Below, in pieces: positions 32,206-38,606 of a stretch of 38,606 bases of DNA; within the stretch, counting starts at the first letter, position 1; each line of letters starts with the position of its first letter. The position numbers and the translations under genes are program-made. The notes below the pieces were generated by a model. It saw nothing but the letters and a program-made list of their open reading frames with translations. It did no database searches and was not told the origin of the DNA. The stretch spans positions 1-38,606 of the forward strand of contig JYFJ02003714.1 in the NCBI GenBank assembly GCA_000934665.2, given 5' to 3'. This DNA comes from Catajapyx aquilonaris. Its lineage: Eukaryota.

Positions 32206-35200
32206 TTACTGCCAGGATGGGCACCTTTCATCCGGGTTCATAGGGCTGTCATCGTAGCAGTGGAAAGCCTTCCCAAACTCTTCAAAGTTGGACAAGGCTC
32301 CAAGAACCCTGAATAGTGAACAATGTTGTTAAAAAAAACTTGGAAAAACTCTTTCTGAATGACTCTTGAAACAACAACTGACCTGATGCCAGGTGGAGTG
32401 TGAACTCCTCGAGATGCATCCCAACCACCGAGGATGTCTTTGCCAGTAGGCTTTTGTCCAGAGCACCACATTTGAGCGTAGGCCACGAAGAAAAGCTGCT
32501 TTGGCTTCAGGTTTGGCAGTGCATCGAGTGCTTCCGTGGCCTTCTCCTCATCCGTGTACTTCGTGCTCACATGTCTGTATGCCCTGAACGCATGTCCCAC
32601 ACCAGCGATATCAGCCATGTCTTCTCCTACTGAAGCTGCAATTCTGGCTGCCTCCATCGCGCTTACTGGCTGCAACTTGCTGTACTTTTCTGAAATGAGA
32701 TGTTACATTGCATCACTTGCGGCACATTTCTTTGTTGGCAACAATAAATTAACAGCCATCGAGAAATTCTCACCTTGGACACAGAGGGATCGGTTGTTGA
32801 AGCTCTCGACATCCTCAGGGTCCCACCAGTCATTCAGCTGACCATCGGCATCAAAAAGTCGGCCACGTTCCTCCAAAGCGTGCGACATTTCGTGTCCGGC
32901 AATGCTTCCAAGAGCTCCGTAGTTGATGGACATGGGCAGCAGGTTGTGGAAGAATGGTGGACTGAGCATTGCTGCAGGGATGGTCATCCTGTTGTGGTCG
33001 TGTGAGAATATTGCGTTCATTACAGTGGGTGATGCTCCCCAGTGCTCATTCTGGATCGGGTGGTTCAAACGGGCGTGCTTCCTCTTCACTCGGGACTTCT
33101 GTATCTTGGCCACGTTCTGGAGAAGCTCGTCCATCTGGACGTTTATGCTCTTGAAGACGATCTCTTGGTACTTTTCGTCCAGCATCTCGTCAGCGTAGCC
33201 AATGTTGAGGGCCATCTTCCTCAGCTTGTTTCTGGCCATCTTCCTAGTGGAGTTGGAGATCCAGTCAGTACGGTCAACCGACCTAGAAAAGGCCTTCCTG
33301 ATCTCGTCCGCCACTTCTTCAGCTTCTTCCTTCGTGTCCTCGGGTAAGAACTTGGGTGCAAATACTGCTCCAAGCGCAGACGGCAGAAGCGAATTAGTGT
33401 GCTGCAGACAGACCCTCCATCGTTCAGGTGCCTTTGTGACCTCTGCCCCCATTGCTTGACTCAGTCTGTCATTCAAGCTCCAGAATCGCTGAGTCATGTA
33501 TGGCAGCATGGTCTGGACTATGCGCCAACCGATAACATTAGCCAAAGTCGTCTGGTCAGTATTGGCAATCAGCTCGGACACTGCCTGCAGGTACGGCAAG
33601 GCAAAGGTGACCACAGGAAGGTTGGGGGTCAACATACTGGGCTCCAGAACCAGGCTGGTCAGGTATCCAGAGAAGTTGATTCCAGGTACGGCGTCCTCCA
33701 GTTCTCTCAGAGTGGTTCGGACATAGTGGGCTGTGAGGTTGCGTCTTGCTCCCCTAGGAAGCATGAGCTTGGCCAGGGACATCTCAAACTGGAAGACCTT
33801 GTTCATCTGCTCCCTTGCATTGACGATGTCTGCGCCAAGAAGATTTGCGGTCTGGGACATCATGTTGAGGTACGCGTCTCGTGCCTTCTGGGCAGCCGGC
33901 TTGGTGAAGTACGAAGGGCTGGGGAATCCAATAGATGTTGGTTGATCGAACTGAATCACGTAGACTCCATCTGGTCCAAGGGCTGGTCCGACCTTCTCTC
34001 CAATGATGGCCTGAACCTCTAGCTTCCTGGCAGCGGCCACGGCCTCCTCCCACTGGAAATTGTCAGGGTTCCACTTGGAGTCCATAACCGGCCAACCTCC
34101 GAGGACCTCCTCCAAGATGGAAAATATTGGCTCGCTTCCCTTTTCCTCCACAGCTTCTGTAAGCCAGAAACACTCGTTATAGGTTTGTGATAGAGAATGA
34201 TATTTGGTGATAGGTTAGTGTGTGTATGAGCAGTACCTTGGTTCATACAGGATTTGTAGAAAGTCGAGATAAGTTGGAAAGCCTTGCTGTCGTGCAGTTT
34301 TTCATCTTGTTCCTTCTCGGTTTCTATCAAATCTTTTATGGCTGTCTGAAGGTGCAGGGTAGCTTTCATGAAAGGAGTCTGTTCTGTCACATCGTCAGGG
34401 AAGCGGTTTTGGTTCGACCACCTTCCGCAGGCGTAACGATAGAAGTTCATGCATGGATCCACCTCTTGGTCCATGGCACTGGCCATCTGCTTACCTGTGT
34501 ACAACAGTTGACACCTATGGTTAGCAAAGCAAAGGGCAGCAGCAGATGATACACAAGTACGTACCAACCATGCGTCTGATTTCCTCCTCAGCACGTTCAG
34601 GTTCAAGCTGGTTTATGCGCACCATCTCCTCAAATATGTTGACGTTGTTGACATTCTTAACAAGGCTGTTCATTTCCTTGCCAAAAATGATCTTCTTCAT
34701 GTCTTTCCCTTTAGACAACATAACCTTCTCACGTTTGGAACGAGAAAGAACAGATCCATGTGGCTGTAAATGAATCAATATTATCAGTTGCAGAGCAACG
34801 ATTTACTCCAAGTGTTAAGATACTTACAGCAGCAGAATCATTTTCATTCAACTCATTGTTTTGTACAGTTTCGTCAGACATAACATCGATTGGCACGAAA
34901 TCAAGAGAAACTGCGTCCATGGATATATCTGGGGAAAAAATCCGCATAATTGACATTCCATTCGCGATTCTCATTCTCCAAAACAAGTCAGTGACAGGAA
35001 AGGAATAGAAACTCGAAATGGCATTACCTTGCTGAACCTCCGTCTTCTCCTCATATTGGTCCTGGGGCTGCCCCATGCCGTTGACCACGACCATCATGGA
35101 CACCAGGAGGGAGAAGGCCACCACGACCAGAGCTCCGCTCCACAAAACAGCTCTTCCTCTGCTTCCTGCTGGGTAGTGCATCCTGTCTCTGAAGGTGAGG

Positions 35201-35274
35201 CTTCGAGGTGTAGTTACTTGGAAGCTTGGTGAGACTAGCTGGACCTGGTGCTGAGAAAGGTCCTCCCTGGTCAT
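32206..35274 (-). CDS. Neprilysin / endothelin-converting enzyme-like M13 metallopeptidase, ~865 aa, type II membrane anchor
   Basis: Exons 35274-35028, 34928-34828, 34763-34565, 34494-34237, 34156-32774, 32689-32383, 32308-32206 (2598 nt, in frame). N-terminal [43 protein letters not shown] (HExxH), [38 protein letters not shown]. Confidence 0.93.
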
Positions 35275-35755
35275 GCTCAGTAGCCGTTGACCGTCTTAGA
35301 GCAGCTGTGGCTTGGCTTGGACCAGACCGGGAATAAATACGCTGGCTTAATCTATGGGAAGCATTTGTTTTGGGTATCAAATCCTGTTCAACATTACGAT
35401 CGTCGTCTTTTGGGCCGAGGAACAGTAGGGGGCGTATCTCCTATCTCTATGGACAAATGCACATTTCTCGCTTCTGCGTGGGTATCTTTCTGTAAGCAGC
35501 CGCCACCTTATTGTCCAGTTATTGTCCTCTGGTAATCTGCCGACGCAGCCGGACAATAGCCAAAGATAGGCGCTAACTTTCAAATGTAATCAAAATTGTT
35601 GTCTCAAAACCAGCAAATGCCACATTCCATTTTACATGATAACAATGCGGATATAGGAATGCGACCAGCACATAATATGGTGTTACATACTTTAAACCCG
35701 CTTAAATACGGTATTTACTCCATGTCTAATAATACCTGTCAGGGGCTGTCATGAC

Positions 35756-37100
35756 CAGATGCCTGAAACCTTCATTTGTCATCTACTATCCTGGCAGACC
35801 AGACATGGAAAGCATTACACTTGGTATGTTACATTGTAGCAATTTTGGTCAGTACAATCATGGCAAAATGTCTCTCGATGCTAATTTTTTTCTGTTGGGA
35901 AGTAAAGTACATTCTTTGAAAATTATTACGACAGTCCGATGTGCCAAACAGATGGTTATTTCCAGAAATAATTATGCAACAAAAATTGTCCAGTTAATTT
36001 TCCAATTATTTGCAGGCGTCAAACATATCTTGGTGGAATTTGTAGTCTGCTAATGTCATTCAAAATTTCTAAGACAAAACACTTGATTGTATGGCAATGT
36101 AACCTATAATCAGTACAATAGCTAATGCTTTTGATAACCACTATTACACGCAACTACACAAAAGTCACTGCATGGCCAAGCATACAAGTGTCACAAATAC
36201 ACAATGATCGAGCACTCTCAATAACAGTCATGTCTCATGTGACCTATACTCATTACAGCTTGCATAATGATGATGCATCTGATTGGTCTCTGGACATCAC
36301 GTCCCTGATTCTGCCAAACCAACAACCACTTTGGCCTCATCCAAATCAATTTATGGAATCAAGCGATGTGAGATGATGCCTCAAACCTTCATTTGTCATC
36401 TACTATCCTGTCAGAGCAGACATGTACAGTACGTAATAAACTATATGGTAAGCATTACACTTGTACACCTCATGTGTTGAAGTGCTGAAGCTGTACATGA
36501 ATCTGGAAGCCAGCGGATATGGGAAGCTAGTGCTTGGTCAATGAAAACAGTAGCTTTTAGAAGGAGTAGAGTGATAAAAGTAATTCAAAAATTCCCTAAC
36601 GAGTGATTGGCATCACTCGTTATAAAATGGATTGATTCATTTGCCATATTCTCCAGGCCTATTTGTTTTCCATCAATATTTCCTCCCCAATCTTCCTAAT
36701 TGCATTCATTTCCATCATACATCAGTACACTGCATCTAAAATAGTTAATTCGAAAATTAATTCCATCTTGAAATGAATGGTGTCCATCACTGCCCACAAC
36801 TGTTGACAGTACAGGGTTACAAACTATTTCAGTTCTGCACAAAAAGAGTTGAGCATTGTCGAGTTACAGTCCAGATACATTTTCAATGTTGCAGTGTTTA
36901 ATATTGGTCATATAATCATGGAAAAACATCTAATGCTGAATTGTTTTGTTGCAATTATTTTTCTGATGCAATATTGTTGTATTCTTTATGGCTTGGAAGT
37001 AAAGTACATTCTTTAAAAGTTATTGTGCCACTTTGTGCCAAAATGATGTTATTTTCCAGCAATTATTATGCGACAAATATTCTACCAGTTAATTTTGAAA
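35756..37100 (+). repeat. Old local direct duplication upstream of the neprilysin gene
   Basis: 35758-35823 resembles 36375-36463 (GATGCCT.AAACCTTCATTTGTCATCTACTATCCTG). 35841-36001 resembles 36901-37096 (GGAAGTAAAGTACATTCTTT.AAA...AATTATGC.ACAAA...CCAGTTAATTTT). Confidence 0.6.
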
Positions 37101-37922
37101 GCTTGTACTTATTTCGTCACAAGCCTTTAATTGCTAGTTGCATTGATGATGATGTTCCCAGTTGTATTAATAGTTTCCTAGTGCGATGCCAGTACTACTG
37201 TATTCGAAGGCTGAATACATTATTCTGGGGAGATTCAAGAATTTATATGATGCTAAGACTATCACATGTGGTGCCATTTTGGCATCAAAATGTCAGTTTG
37301 CAAACAATCAAATATACAGGGTGTTTCTTACTAGTATGGCAAACGGCAGTCAGCGTACTCCATGGCCAAATCAAGTCGAAAATCTAGGGGGCAGAAACTC
37401 GCAAATTAATTCGATAGAAGTAATACCTGGATCCATTGCTTTTTCCTCATTCGCTTCCTTTGTGTCTTGCGTCCATTCATTTCAGTTCACCAGAGTGAAT
37501 TAAATTCGCCAATTCAGTCAAAGTTCTTTGACGCAGGAGTGATTATGTTGAAATTGTTTTTGGAACTAACGGAGATCTTGATTGTGTCACGTGATGACAT
37601 GGGAGGATTTGAAAAGTACAGTAATTTTCAAGACTTGGCTTATCAGCATCTTGCAGAAACTATTCCAGTCTCATAATATGCAAATAAGGTACTGGGTCGT
37701 TTGCAGGCAGGAAAGAATTTGTAATCTGCTAATGCCATTAAACATTTCTGAGACTATGGCTCGACAGCATTGTGGTGATTGATCGAATATGACTAAGTTT
37801 TTAATGTCAAATTTTTGAGAGAAAGTTACATGTAGCCTTCTGTATTTCCAGTAAAATTTACTGTGAATAGTGTGAAAAGAAAATCACAATGAAATTGTCT
37901 CCTTCTGCAGTGAATAGCTCAA

Positions 37923-38236
37923 TCTCTATCTCTATAAATAAGGAGGTTTGTCAGTTTATTTGTCAATTTGTCAGTTTGTTTGTCCCTTATAGAAATCCGG
38001 GGGAAGGCCCCTACACCGCCTTAAATTAGCATATCGGGGGTTACATTTTTCAAGGAATTTAATGCCGCATGTTTCAGCTTCCGAAAATGAACCTAACACC
38101 CATAACACGCATATTCCCAATTAACCAATTATCAATTACCTATTTAACAATATTCATAGATTTCCATGGTAATGCCCTCATTACATTGTAGGCCTACCTC
38201 CATAACATACCCGGGCAACGCCGGGTAACCTGCTAG
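37923..38236 (+). mobile_element. Non-autonomous Helitron, short copy (~314 bp)
   Basis: A|TCTCTAT start, GTTTGTCA tract, hairpin ACCCGGGCAACGCCGGGT and CTAG|T end; same family as 17064-17983. Confidence 0.85.
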
Positions 38237-38606
38237 TTCATTCTAAAATTGTCTTACAAAAATAATTTTCATCCTTTTAATTAGATTGTTTGGCAGCCTG
38301 AAGCATAATTGTTTTGTACATCCTGGAAAGGTATGGAGCAGAAATCAGAAGAGCAACCATTATTTTGGACATCTTTATTGCAGAGCCTGGAAAGGATCAA
38401 GCAGCCTGAAGCATTTTTAAGACACCTGCTTAATGGGAGGGGGCGGCCACTTTTCGAAGATAAAAGTCAAAGAAATAAAAAGTCAGTTAAATGATCAAGT
38501 GGCTTCGCTTGTGTTGTCCATCCCGGCAGCCCCCACCCTACACACCCCATAGTCCCTACATTTATCTTATACCAGGGAGTTCCATTCTCAAACCTATCAT
38601 TCCCCC

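Noticed and set aside
37315..37420. TACAGGGTGTTTC mariner-like terminus (also at ~29532)
   Set aside because: No matching opposite TIR was found, so element boundaries cannot be defined.

Overview
Eukaryotic genomic DNA, invertebrate and most likely arthropod (inferred from a divergent ionotropic receptor, many 60-90 bp introns and insect-type non-autonomous Helitrons). It is gene-dense. Seven spliced protein-coding genes were reconstructed by hand from splice signals and recognisable protein motifs: RCC2-like (-, partial, runs off the left edge), TMEM26 (+), a divergent ionotropic receptor (+), TPRG1L-like (-), SARNP/CIP29 (+, head-to-head with TPRG1L), an orphan class A GPCR with altered microswitch motifs (-), and a neprilysin/M13 peptidase (-). 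Introns and intergenic DNA carry many non-autonomous DNA-transposon derivatives (piggyBac-, hAT-, Tc1/pogo- and Helitron-type, plus foldbacks), a possible tRNA-derived SINE, and a ~39-bp minisatellite invaded twice by the same hAT MITE. The least explained signal is a pair of ~220-nt diverged, co-linear, stem-rich segments in two different RCC2 introns, a candidate intron-encoded structured RNA family. No prokaryotic systems, CRISPR arrays, rRNA or autonomous transposases were seen. All family calls come from motif recognition; no database searches were run.
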